Shown: one piece after another, positions 38,531 through 51,532 of the stretch
Layout: each line of letters begins with the position of its first letter
Position numbering within the stretch: position 1 is the first letter of the stretch
Assembly (NCBI GenBank): GCA_951406725.2
Contig: OX597837.1
Span: forward strand, 23,312,001-23,376,000
Reading direction: 5' to 3'
Origin: Octopus vulgaris
Taxonomy: Eukaryota
DNA: 64,000 nt
The notes under the pieces: model-generated
Seen by the model: only the letters and a program-made list of their open reading frames with translations
What the model was told of the DNA's origin: nothing
Databases searched by the model: none
Program-made: the position numbers and the translations under genes

Positions 38531-38775
38531 ACCTGAGTAAGCACATAGATGTGAAACAAGAGTGTAAAAAATAGTACTCAAATACCAGAAGTAAAATAGT
38601 ATGGTTTATTATTAAAGCTGCCAAAACATCACAAAAAAACTGCTACTCATAGTTTCATGTTCCCATTATTGGGCTGTTGATTACAACTGCCCAACGAACA
38701 GGAACATGAAACTTTGATTAGCAGGTTATTGTGATTTTTTTAAGATGATTTTGTTGCTTTAATAATTAAGTTTAT
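38531..38775. mobile_element. Fold-back with decayed hammerhead-like motifs
   Basis: CTGC-CCAACGA-ACA GGAA CAT-GAAA-CTTTGAT-TA|GCAG and its inverted partner. Confidence 0.5.
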
Positions 38776-38799
38776 TTATATAGTATATATTTTTTTTTT

Positions 38800-39100
38800 T
38801 TACTCGTTTCAGTCATTTGACTGCGGCCATGCTGGAGCACCGCCTTTAGTCGAGCAAATCGATCCCGGGACTTATTCTTTGTAAGCCCAGTACTTATTCT
38901 ATCGGTCTCTTTTGCCGAAACACACCAGCATCGGTTGTCAAACAATGCTAGGAGGACAAACACAGATACGCCAAGACACACATACATATATATATATACA
39001 TATATACGACAGGCTTCTTTCAGTTTCCGTTTACCAAATCCACTCACAAGGCATTGGTCGGCCCGGGGCTATAGCAGAAGACACTTGCCCAAGATGCCAC
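38800..39100 (-). mobile_element. SINE family A, young subfamily, head truncated
   Basis: Consensus match. Confidence 0.9.
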
Positions 39101-39319
39101 GATATTTAAATATCATTTTTTAAGGAATAAAAATTCCGGCATAACAGAGGTTCAAATTATTCTCAATGAAGAAATATATATTAATTTAGAGATAGTATAC
39201 CCCTAATTCTCACCAAATAAAAATAATTTTTATTTTTATTTTAAATACCTACTGTTTTATTCCTTGGCAACACGTGTTTCATGAGGTACTATCTCTAAAT
39301 TAAAAAAAATATATATATA

Positions 39320-39363
<44 letters not shown>

Positions 39364-40235
39364 GTATATTTTTATGTGTGTGTGCCTTTGTGTCTGGGTT
39401 TGTCTCTCACCACTGCTTCACAACTGGTGTTGGTGTGTTTATGACCCTATAACTTAGCGGTTCAGCAAAAAGGAAATAATAGGTTAAATATTAAGCTTAA
39501 GACAAAAAAAAAGTCCTGGAGTCGATTTGTTCAAGGTGGTGCCTAAGCATGGCCACAGTCAAATGACTGAAACAAGTATAAGATAAAAGATATATACCTT
39601 CCTTTGTCACGTGATTGGTATTAGGAAGGACATCCAGCCATAGAAGGCATTTTACTTACTGCCACCTCAGAATATCTTGCTACTCTATTCCTTAGAATGT
39701 CTGGCTGCTTCATTTATTTAGGCATCATGTCTATCACGATGAATATTATACAAACACATGAAATTTTGTACACATAGATGTCTTTGTGGGTTTATGAGCA
39801 GAATCTTTTTATTATTGTGTTTATATATTGATGTCTATACACATCTATGAGCATATCTGTGTGTACAAGTTCATATTTATGGCATATGTCCATCTGTGTA
39901 CACCTTTACATGGACATATGTGTACATATATATATGTGTGATACTTGTATATGTGGATATTTTTGCATATCCTTGCGTCTATAAGAGTAAACATTTAATT
40001 CCTTGGGTGTGGATGCATATGTGCTCTCTGGTTTGTATAAATACATGTGCATGCCACAAAATATATGTGTGTGTATATATGTGTGTATATTATATATATA
40101 TAATGATTATGCATGTGGACATATATATTTAGGTATGTCTATACAACCATATATATATATATATATATATATATATCATCATCATTATCATCATCATTTA
40201 ATATCTGGTGTCCATGCTGCTGGCATGGATTGGAC

Positions 40236-40286
<51 letters not shown>

Positions 40287-40589
40287 TACATACACATGTA
40301 TACATATACATATATGTATATATGTATATGTATACATATACATATATATAGATATATAGATATATAGATACATATACATATATATAGATAGATATACATC
40401 AGAGGCAACTCCAGGTCATCAGATTTTGTCACTCGAGCTCGTCACAACAGATTTCGCATATGGTACATCCTGCTCAAAGAGTTTGACGCTTTTCTTCATT
40501 TCTAAGTTAAGGGTAAAAATAAAGCAACCCTGCAAACCACAACTGATCTTTGCACGCCGAAGTACAGAATAACAGCCTGAATGCTAGAT

Positions 40590-41120
40590 GTAATTAGTGT
40601 CACTCTGTCCTTCTGTGCCTTAAATCCAGGGACTCTGGCTTCATCCTTCATGATGTACATTCTGGAAGGCATCTTCTTTCAGAACAAACCAGTGTCGTCC
40701 TTACTGTAATCCTGTTCCGGCTTGTATCCTTTGTCCTCGATGAATTGCCTGAATGTCTCGAGGTATTTCTCAGCAGCTTCTTTGTTGGCTGATACTGTCT
40801 CTCCATACAGTGATACATACTTTATTTCAAACCGTTTCCGGAAATAGTCAAACCACTCCTTGCTGGCTTGAAAATCTTCAGGCTCCAGTGCTGTCAATGG
40901 TCTTAGTTGTGGTTCTTCAGTGCCTTCTGCACTGTCTCCTCTGTCGAACTGCTGGTATAATTTCAATGCTTTCTCATGAATGATGTTACTGTTCAAGGGA
41001 ATGTTTTCCTTCTTGCAGTCATTGATCCACAATGCCAAGGCAGATTCCATCCTGACAAACTGCTTATTTCTCACTATCATTATCTTTTTGGCACTTTTAC
41101 AGAAACTTACTGCTATGGTG
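40590..41120 (-). pseudogene. Tigger/pogo transposase middle (CENP-B HTH to start of DDE)
   Basis: TIAVSFCKSAKK...MESALALWI...FQASKEWF..F.KR...DDTGLF*KKMPSRMYIMKDEARVPGFKAQKDRVTL. Confidence 0.9.
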
Positions 41121-41198
41121 TGTGTGTGTGTGTAAACTTAACTGGTTTCATATTTGTTAATCTTCAAAAGTATGTTATGTGGAATTCTGTCACAAACT

Positions 41199-41513
41199 GT
41201 CTTCTTCTTCTTCTTCTTCTTCTTCTTCTTCTTCTTCTTCTTCTTCTTCTTCTTCTTCTTCTTCTTCTTCTTCTTCTTCTTCTTCTTCTTCTCCTCCTCC
41301 TCCTCCTCCACCTTCTTCTTCTTCTTCTTCTTCTTCTTCTTCTTCTTCTTCTCCTCCTCCTCCTCCACCTTCTTCTTCTTCTTCTTCTTCTTCTTCTTCT
41401 TCTTCTTCTTCTTCTTCTCCTCCTCCTCCTCCTCCTCCTCCTCCTCCTCCTCCTCCTTCTTCTTCTTCTTCTTCTTCTTCTTCTTCTTCTTCTTCTTCTT
41501 CTTCTTCTTCTTC
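41199..41513. repeat. (CTT)n/(CCT)n polypyrimidine tract
   Basis: About 315 nt, nearly pure pyrimidine. Confidence 0.95.
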
Positions 41514-41879
41514 CAATCAGGACTCATGCTATTAGCCACAAAGAATAATCTCTAATTCGAGCCTACTCTAAGCTACTAAGAATGCGTGTGGCAACCTGAA
41601 GATCCACCCACCACACTTGATAGATTGGCGGTTGTACGGGCACGAAAGCTATGTTATAATCCTCATTCCGTAAACAGTGGCTTTTAATGGGTGGAGAGCT
41701 GAACCATCCTGGGGTACAGAGGATTCACAATGTAGACTAGGGTCTGAAAGTTTACCACACCATAGTGAGTTACACCATGGTTCCTCTGTCTTGTGGCAGA
41801 AGTAGGATGAAAGAGTGAGAGAAAGTTGTGGTGAAAGAGTACATGAACTTCATTTTCATGCGGTTCATCTTGAGACCTA

Positions 41880-42223
41880 CAGCTTGGAATCTCGTTGACA
41901 GAGCACATCAGCGAGGTCATCAGAAATAAGTCCGGCATGAGAGATGTCATTGCAGAATATGCACGCAGCAAGTTTAGATGTGCTGGACACATCACCTGGC
42001 TCACCGATAATCAGTGGACCCGCACAGCAGTCGAGTGGTACCCGCGTGAGCGGAAACGACCACTCGGAAGGCCTCCATGACAGTGGAGTTATGATTTCAG
42101 GAGGACGATTGGGATCACGTGGATCAGGAAAGCATGATCCAGAGAGGAGTGGACAGCATGCTGTGACCAGTGGTGTCAAATGGATGCCCGACGGACTGGT
42201 CAGTAAAGGTGATCAAGGTGATA
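41880..42223 (+). mobile_element. RTE LINE 3' fragment
   Basis: KFRCAGHI...WTRTAVEWYPRERKRPLGRPP. Confidence 0.85.
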
Positions 42224-42266
42224 TAACTATATAAATATACACATAAAGATAAATGTATCCATCATT

Positions 42267-42318
<52 letters not shown>

Positions 42319-42409
42319 ATGCACACACATACATAAATAGTTATATATATATAAAGATTGCCCTGTTTGGCGAACTCTTTACTAGCCACCGTGTGAGAGG
42401 AGCTCCAAG

Positions 42410-42737
42410 GAAGTGCTACAAAACTGCCTCGAGAAGTCTCTAACAGCATGTCATATTAACAACCATTGCTGGTCAGACCTGGCTGCGGACCATGATGTCT
42501 GGCGCCACACGATCTTCAACGCAGTCAGCAAGTATGAGGAACAAAGAAGAGACACACTTAAAGACAAGAGACGCAGGAGGAAGGCGCGAGCTGCCTCTGA
42601 CACCACACCGGATGTTACCTTCTTCTGTGGACACTGCTCACGGACCTGCCTTTCCCATATTGGACTTGTCAGTCATGAGCGTGCATGCACGCGGCGTGGA
42701 CAGCCTTCCTGATCTTCGTTCACGAAGCCAAGCCATA
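42410..42737 (+). mobile_element. RTE (BovB-like) LINE 3' fragment with C-terminal zinc finger
   Basis: WSDLAADHDVWR...CGHCSRTCLSHIGLVSHERAC. Confidence 0.85.
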
Positions 42738-42842
42738 ATTTCACATGTATACAAATATATATATGCATAATGTATATTATGTATAAGTATATAAATATAT
42801 AAATATATAAATATATCCATAAACATAAATGTATCCATCCAG

Positions 42843-42911
<69 letters not shown>

Positions 42912-43428
42912 CTCTCTCTTTCTTTCTCTCTCTCACACACGCTCACACATCCATATTTGCTCGTACATCTACAAACTGAATCCGATCATTTATTGTTCGT
43001 TACTTTCTTCTGTTGTTGTTGTTGCTGTTGTTGTTGTTGTTGTTGTTACTGCTGTTGTAGTTAATCTATGTTGACTATTTCACCCCTCCCTCTCTCTCCT
43101 TCCCTCTCTCTCTCCTCTGCTCTCCCTCCCTCTCTTCTTCCCTCCTTCCATATAAAAGCATAAAACCACACAACAAAACAAAAACTCTGCAAAGCTGTTT
43201 CGTAAAATACATAAAAATCCAAAGCTGCCTTTAATGTGACAGTTTCATTACATTTGATGATGTCTGACAACAGCGAGAATTCTTCATTTTTCAGGAGGCA
43301 GAGACGAAGCTGTGTCAGGAGAGAAGTCTTACAACGTATTGGAATAATATCATTTTATTTAGTCCATTAAAAATGCTGGTATCATCAGAACATGGTGGGG
43401 GCGGCGGAGAAGCTGGGATGTTGTTGGC

Positions 43429-43461
<33 letters not shown>

Positions 43462-43570
43462 TGGGAGGTGAGGAGAAATACAGGAGAGCAAAAAACAAGA
43501 TAAGGTCTGATTGTAAACATTACTAACCTACTTGCTCGATGCGCACGTCTAGGGCGTAATTGTATAATAT

Positions 43571-43660
43571 TGTCATCATCATCATCATCATCATCATCGC
43601 CATCATCATCATCGCCATCATCGGCATCATCATCATCGGCATCATCATCATCGTCGCCGG

Positions 43661-43694
<34 letters not shown>

Positions 43695-43695
43695 G

Positions 43696-43744
<49 letters not shown>

Positions 43745-43798
43745 AATCATCATCATCGGCACTATCATCATCATCATCAACATCAACATCATAATCAT

Positions 43799-43837
<39 letters not shown>

Positions 43838-43995
43838 TGTCGTCATCATCATCATCATCATCATCGGCATTATCATCATCATCATCATCATCATCATCAT
43901 AATCATCATCATCGGCATTATCATCATCATCATCAACATCAACATCATAATCATCATCATCATCATCACCATCATCATCATCATCCTCCACATCG

Positions 43996-44033
<38 letters not shown>

Positions 44034-44387
44034 GCCATCATCATTGCCATCATCATCATCATCATTGCTAGAATCATCATCATTGTTGTCATCCTTATTA
44101 TTATCGTCATCATCATTAACAATCATCGATCATTGTCATCATCTTTGTAATTTCATCTGGATCATCATCGACATTGTTGCCATGAACACCACCACCAACA
44201 ACAACAACATTAACATCATATGTCATTATCATCATCATCATCATCATCGTCGTCGTCGTCATCATCATCATCATCATCATCATCGTCATTATCATCATCA
44301 TCATCATCATCGTCATCATCATCATCATCATCATCGTCATCATCATCATCATCATCATCATCATCGTCATCATCATCGTCATCATCG

Positions 44388-44425
<38 letters not shown>

Positions 44426-44474
44426 GTCATCGTCATCAAAATCATCATCATCGTCATCATCATCGTCATCGTCG

Positions 44475-44527
<53 letters not shown>

Positions 44528-44540
44528 TTCATCATCATCG

Positions 44541-44575
<35 letters not shown>
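43571..44575. repeat. Long degenerate (ATC)n arrays
   Basis: Two ATC/GTC blocks; source of the poly-D/H/M/S ORFs. Confidence 0.95.
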
Positions 44576-45390
44576 TCTGTTTGATATCCATTTCTCTTCT
44601 TTTTTTTTATCTGACATGGATAGTACAGATGTTTGCATGCACAGTATCTCACCATTTGCTGCCACCCATCTTAATCGTCATGATTGTGAAGTCAACTGTA
44701 CTGAGATCACACTTCACTACTTTTATGTGTGGCCTTCTCCTGCCTAACTCTCTCTCCCCCTCTCTCACATCCCCCCTCTCTCTCTCTCCCCACTTCTCCC
44801 TCTCTCTCTCAGTTGCCTCTTCTTCTCAACAACTGATTTCTCTGATACCCACTTTATTTCTTTCAGATCATTAGGGCCCAGTACAAGAATGGTGGCATTG
44901 CACAACCAGTGGAGTGTTCTGGCCACAATTCTTTCCAAGTCCTACCCATCTTTCAAAATCAGTACTCGTGCCTTGCTATCATGCAATGGGGCACATTGTT
45001 CACAAGCATTATATATCTGTACACTCCAGTGTCTACCTTGGCATAGTTTCTAAGGTTGGATGCCCTTCCTAATGCCAACCATTTTACAGTGTATACCAGG
45101 GGTTTTTTCGTGCCACTGGCACTACTGAGGTCACATGTAGCTTACAAGTTAGCAAACCCAGGGAGGGAAGATGTTATCTCTGTATGCTAGATGAGAGTTA
45201 AGGTACGATGGAAGAGGTTGGAGTAGAGTAGGTTCTTGTTGTAGAGGAATTACATAGCTCCTATATTTATATATAACCGCTGTGTTATCTAATCCAGATT
45301 TACCTAGTACCCAGTGTGAACCTGATTGGTAAGATCAGCTGAAATGGATCTATAATGCTGTATAATTTGATTTATGTACCCACTCTATAA

Positions 45391-45595
45391 AGGCAGTGAG
45401 CTGGCAGAATTGTTAGCACACCAGACATTATGCCTAGTGGCATTTCGTCTGTCTTTATGTTCCACTGAGATCAACTTTGCCTTTCATCTTTTCAGAGTCG
45501 ATAAAATAAGTACCAGTTGAGTACTGGGGTTGATGCAATCAACTTATCACTCCCAATCCCACAAAACTGCTGACTCTGTACCAAAATTTGAAATC
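45391..45595 (+). mobile_element. SINE family B, diverged
   Basis: Head and core match. Confidence 0.8.
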
Positions 45596-45767
45596 AATGT
45601 ACCTACTCTATTGGCAAATATATGAGTATCTATTTTTTTCTGATACATACATGTGTGTGTGTGTGTGTGTGTGTGCATGAGTGTGTGTGTGTGTGTGTGT
45701 GTGTATTTATACAAACCTCTACCTATCAATCTCTGTACCTAACTATGTATGTATGCATAACATCTGA

Positions 45768-46104
45768 AACCCCCTTCGGTCACGACACTGACCATGGGAT
45801 TGGACCTAGAAAGTTATCCTCCCAGGCACAATCCGGGCAAGGTTGTTTTATGGAAGACCAGCAGTTGCCCATGCATGCCGGCTTCCCCTCTCCACGCCAC
45901 CAGTGTTATCCAAGGGAAAGGCAAAAGGGGCCGATACAGCTTGGCACCTGTGATGTCGAAACTCATTTCTACAGCTGAGTGAACTGGAGCAACGTGAAAT
46001 AAAGTGTCTTGCTCAAGAACACAACACGCAGCCTGGTCCGGGATTCGAGCTCACAATCTCACGATCATAAGCTCAACACTCTAACCACTGAGCCATGTGC
46101 CTTC
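45768..46104 (-). mobile_element. SINE family D
   Basis: Matches 5692-6017. Confidence 0.85.
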
Positions 46105-46564
46105 ACTATATGGTGTGTTTATATTTAAAAATACTTGCAGTAAAATCACTGACTAATCAAGTCTATAATAAGAAGAGATGCAATTAATTTATTGTTTGGT
46201 AAAGAATCTCTGGTACACTGGATTTAGGAAAAAAAAATTTTGTTTATTTCTTTTGGCAGCAGAGAATAAAGAAATAATTGTTAACAATTGCATTTGATGT
46301 CGTACCAAGGTTAGTTTCGCTTCGAGAATGGTGTTTGTTGATTGAATTTATTTCGCAGTTATTGGTATTTTTTGACTGGTTTCAGTCTAATACAAGACCA
46401 AAGTACATTATGTGAAAAGGTATTTTGATCAGACTTCCAACATATGTGTCAATCATTCCTCTGATTTAAAATACTGATGTATTTTAGCTGAGCATAAAAT
46501 ATCAATTTGTGGCAAAACAAGATTTCTCAGTTATTGAATTCATTCCCGTTTAGTGAATTGCATA

Positions 46565-48075
46565 TATTTACCACACCACTATTTCACTACCCATACTACA
46601 TCACTGTCCATTAGTGTTCACTACACCATTGTATAATAATGTTCATTACACTACTGTACTAAAATGTTCACTACCCACACTACACCACGATAATGTTCAC
46701 TACCCACACTACACCATGATAATGTTCACTGTTCACCACACTATATCGTTTACTAAAGGTGCAGGAGTGGCTGTGTGGTAAGTAGCTTGCTTACCAGTCA
46801 CATGGTTCCGGGTTCAGTCCCATGTGTGGCACCTTGGGCAAGTGTCTTCTACTATAGCCTCGGGCCAAGCAAAGCCTTGTGAGTGGATTTGGTAGAAGGA
46901 AACTGAAAGAAGTCCCTTGTATATATGTATATGTATATATATGTGTGTGTGTGTTTGTGTGTCTTGACAACTGATGCTGGTGTGTTTACATCCCTGTAAC
47001 TTAGTAGTTTCACAAAAGAGACTGATAGAATAAAGTACTATAGCCTCGGACTGACCAAAGCCTTGTGAGTGGATTTAGTAGACGGAAACTGAAAGAAGCC
47101 TGTCATATATATGTATATATATATATATGTGTGTGTGTGTTTGTGTGTCTTGACAACTGATGCTGGTGTGTTTACATCCCTGTAACTTAGTAGTTTCACA
47201 AAAGAGACTGATAGAATAAGTACTAGGCTTACAAAGAATAAGTCCTGGGGCCAATTTGCTCGACTAAAGGCGGTGCTCCAGCATGGCCACAGTCAAATGA
47301 CTGAAACAAGTAAAAGCGTAAAAGCATATACCATTGTACTAGAATATTTACTACCCACACTACACCATATAGTGTTCACTACCCTGACTGCACCACTGTA
47401 ATAAAGTGTTCACTACCTGCAATACACCATTATAATGTTCACTGCTCACAATTTCACTAGCCACCACTACATCATTGTACTTTTATGTTCAGTACACTGT
47501 TGCATAATAATGTTCAGTACACCACTGTACTAAAACGTTCATTATCCAAACTACATTATTATAATGTTTACTGTTCATTGTTTCACTAATCACATTGCAC
47601 CACTATACTACAATGTTCACTACACCATTGAATAGTAATGTTCACTACACTATTGTACTAAAATGTTTACTACCCATACTGCACTGCTGTAGTTTAATCT
47701 TCACGTCACCATTGTATAATAATGTTCACTACACCACTGTACTAAAACGTTCATTATACAAACTACATTATTATAATGTTTACTGTTCATTGTTTCACTA
47801 ATCACATTGGACCACTATACTACAATGTTCACTACACTACTGTACTAAAATGTTCACTACCCATACTGCACTGCTGTAGTTTAATGTTCACTACACCATT
47901 GTATAATAATGTTCACTACACTTTTGTACTAAAACGTTCTCCACTCACACTAACTTACACCACTAAACTATAATGTTCACTACCTTCATTACATATACCA
48001 CTATATTGTTCACTACACCATTGTTTGATAATGTTTACTACATCACTTTTTTACTGCCAACACTACATTACTATT
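46565..48075. repeat. Degenerate minisatellite (AATGTTCACTACAC core) interrupted by a SINE
   Basis: Units of about 24-28 nt on both sides of 46758-47325. Confidence 0.85.
46758..47325 (+). mobile_element. SINE family A with ~185-bp internal tandem duplication
   Basis: 46850-47037 repeated at 47037-47222. Confidence 0.9.
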
Positions 48076-49132
48076 TTAAAATATTCAGCAGACTATTTTT
48101 TCTGCAACCATTTTTGCTATTGCTTTAAACAGAAAATATTTATTTCACATTATATGGCAATATGTTGAAGCTTAGCATGAAAATTAGATGTATTCCCTTA
48201 ACTATATTCTAACGTGTATAAGTCGACAGAGAAAAGCTGCATTGAATGCTTGTAGTATCTCTCTCTCTCTCTCTCTGATTTTCTCTCTCTTTGTCTCTTT
48301 GTCCCTTTCACTCTCTTTCATCTACACTGTTTTTTCCTTACAAACAACAATTGCTTACTCAACTGCTTGAATATCGGCAGTCTATGTAAATACACAAGAG
48401 ATATAAGTAATCAATTATTATATGTCAACGTGAAATCAAGATCTACAAATAAAAGGTCAAGATAATTTTAGATATCTTGTCAAACTACCTGCTATTGGTG
48501 TTATTAGAGTTTGGTGTATTTCAACAAAAACTTATTAACATAGGTCAAACTGCGTATACGACTTTCTCTCTAACACTTAACAACCGATAGAATCTCTCAC
48601 GTACATTTTCATTATTCTTGAGAAGTTCACATGTTATATTCCTTTTGGGATGCTTTTACAGATTAACATAACTTCGAAATAATTTGATTATTTTGATAGA
48701 GGAGCAACCATTTTTAGGAACAATTCTTGGTGTTTTCAAAATAGCGATGTCGATGAGTGACAGTGTGTCTTTCAAATGGACATTTACTTTATCAGTTGTA
48801 TATATTGCATTAGATAATTTGATTTCTTGACCTATGCAGCTGACCTTACTTAACCTCCTGTATTTGGTCAGTGGTAAATGTGGATGGCCAGCCAAGATTA
48901 TTAAGGTATGTGAGAATACAAGCTGCAAGGTCACTCGTTCAACCATTCTCTTGTGCTTTACATTTTTACTTGTAGCCAGAACATGTAACTCTCAGTGGCT
49001 CTGTCTATGTACATGGTAAACAGGTACCACAAAGGGGAATGATTTATTGTTACAGTTGGAAATAGTGATTCGGAATTTATGACTGCTTCTTTGGTTTAAG
49101 TCACAAGCTGAAATCTTCCTGTACTTATTCTA

Positions 49133-49378
49133 TTGGCATATTTCGGTCATATTATGCGGAGAGAATCCCTGGAGAAGGACATCATGCTTGGAATGGTCAG
49201 TGGCAAGAGAGGAAAAGGCCGACCAAGAACCCGCTGGCTTGACACCATCAAGAGTGATACCGGAATGGACATGGCCAATCTGAAGGAAGCAGCCCAGGAT
49301 AGAACTGACTGGAGGACACTGATCCAACGAGTAACCGAGAGTCGACTTCAACTGAGCGGATAGAGAGAGAGAGAGATC
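49133..49378 (+). mobile_element. RTE/BovB-like LINE 3' end with (GA)n tail
   Basis: YFGHIMRRESLEKDIMLG..SGKRGKGRPRTRWLD. Confidence 0.9.
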
Positions 49379-49461
49379 TTTGATGGATCAGCATCTTATC
49401 CAAAGGAAGCTCTCTCTCTCATTTGATTCATGTTGTACAAGCTAAATTTTCTTTTTAATAT

Positions 49462-49875
49462 ACTCTTTACTCTTTTACTCTTTTACTTGTTTCAGTCATT
49501 TGACTGTGGCCATGCTAGAGCACCACCTTTAGCCGAGCAAATCGACCCCAGGACTTATTCTTTGTAAGCATAGTACTTATTCTATCGGACTCTTTTGCCA
49601 AACCGCTAAGTTACAGGGGACGTAAACACACCAGCATCGGTTGTCAAGTGATGTTGGGGGGACAAACACAAACACATAAACACACACACACATACATACA
49701 TATATATATATACATATATATGACAGGCTTCTTTCAGTTTCCGTCTACTAAATCCACTCACAAGGCTTTGGTCAGTCCGAGGCTATAGTAGAAGACACTT
49801 GCCCAAGGTGCCACACATTGGGACTGAACCTGGAATCATGTGGTTGGTAAGCAAGCTACTTACCACACAGCCACT
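49462..49875 (-). mobile_element. SINE family A
   Basis: Consensus match. Confidence 0.9.
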
Positions 49876-50290
49876 CATCTTGAAAAATATTACAAAGAAT
49901 GTAGTCTGTAAGGGGGACCTCATGAACTGCTTGCTACATGTTGGAACAGCTATATGTACATATATATATATATACTACACACCAACAGCTTCATATTTTA
50001 TATTAACCTCTCATACAACATACTCACTCCTGTAACCACATCATTAAATCAATCCCCACACAATACATTTCGACCAAACCATATCAGATCATATTTGGCC
50101 ACCCCATCTATGTTTTAACCCCTATACACATAATGACCACTGCTTGACAACCTATGCTGGTGTGTTTACGTCCCCATAACTTAGCAGTTTGGCAAAAGGG
50201 TCCGATAGAATAAGTACTAGGCTTACAGAAAATAAGTCCTGAGGTCGATTTGCTCAACTTAAGGTGGTGCTGCAGCATGGCCACAGCATG

Positions 50291-50413
50291 GCTGTGGAAG
50301 AGCATAGGCTTGAAATGTTAAAGACTTTTTCAATTCCCGAGCGTTATACTAATACATCTGTTTGTTGTCTACACCACCTGTCTTTGTCTTTTGTTTTTTC
50401 GTGAATTCTCCCT
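50291..50413 (+). mobile_element. Third, truncated copy of the CUGU(A/G)GA hammerhead-like element
   Basis: CTGTGGAAGAGCATAGGCTTGAAATGTTAAAGAC plus the shared 3' body. Confidence 0.65.
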
Positions 50414-50485
50414 ATATATAGCCATCCAAATTTCTGAGTACCTCATTTCTTCTAATATAAAATACCTGTACATCATCTCCAAACC

Positions 50486-50531
<46 letters not shown>

Positions 50532-50534
<3 letters not shown>

Positions 50535-50949
50535 GGTAGCGATTTTCTTCACTACTTCAAAGAGTGATGACCCTGCTTGACATGAGTCTCAGGCTCAGCT
50601 GGCTCTGGTTAACAGTACCCAGTATGGGCCCCTATCCAGGGTTACAGAAAGGAGACAACCTTCAAAGAAATCCGGAGTGGAGCCCTGTAGGCGGTTTAGT
50701 GTTCCACTCGACACTCTTACGGCAGCTCCTGCAACCAAGCTGATGCCAAACATAATGCTCTGCACTCCTTTGGACTACATCAGCAAGGTCAAGAGAGGAA
50801 TCCTGACGACTGGGCTTCCCAGGATTTTCTTACATCTAGCCCAAGCCTACGCAAGACTGGAGAGGAAATTGGAGAGGACATGAAATGTAAAAACCAGACT
50901 GGATTAGTTTATGTGCAACTCCATTGTCTTCTGAGACAAACGGATGCCA

Positions 50950-50960
<11 letters not shown>
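50532..50960 (+). mobile_element. Non-coding RTE-derived (bipartite-type) element
   Basis: AAATCCGGAGTGGAGCCC...GCTCCTGCAACCAAGCTGATGCCAAAC recalls RTE 5' UTRs; 3' end also at 38030-38070; (AAC)n tail. Confidence 0.5.
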
Positions 50961-51019
<59 letters not shown>

Positions 51020-51499
51020 GCAGGTTTCTTTCAGTTTCTGTCTATCAAATCCACTCACAAGGCTTTGGTAAGCCCAAAGCTATAGTAGAAGATACTTGCC
51101 TGAGGTGCAATGCAGTGGGACTGAACCTGAAACTATGTAATTGAGAAGCAAACTTCTTACCACATAACGTATCTCTCTATGAAATAAATTTTGGCAGTTC
51201 ATAAGCACTGCGCAAGTATCGAACAGACTGGTGTATAATAGTAAATGTCTTTAAAAGTAAACATCAGTCCAGCAAAAACACCATTAATGTCAAATGCCTG
51301 AAAAAACATACACATTGAATAAATATATGCTCAAGATCCATTGATATATTATAAATAATATTTAATAATATCCTATTGATGTGAGAACACAGTCGCAAAT
51401 AAACATGTGCCATGCTGAAACATATGTTGCAATGCGTCAATAAAGTATAAAAATTTCTATCCACAAGTCATTTTTGTTATTACTTTTTATCACTGTATG

Positions 51500-51501
<2 letters not shown>

Positions 51502-51532
<31 letters not shown>

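Noticed and set aside
43359-44874. Long poly-Asp/His/Met/Ser/Ile ORFs
   Set aside because: (ATC)n microsatellite open in several frames on both strands.
48656-48946. 96-aa minus-strand ORF
   Set aside because: Non-ATG start, no recognisable domain.
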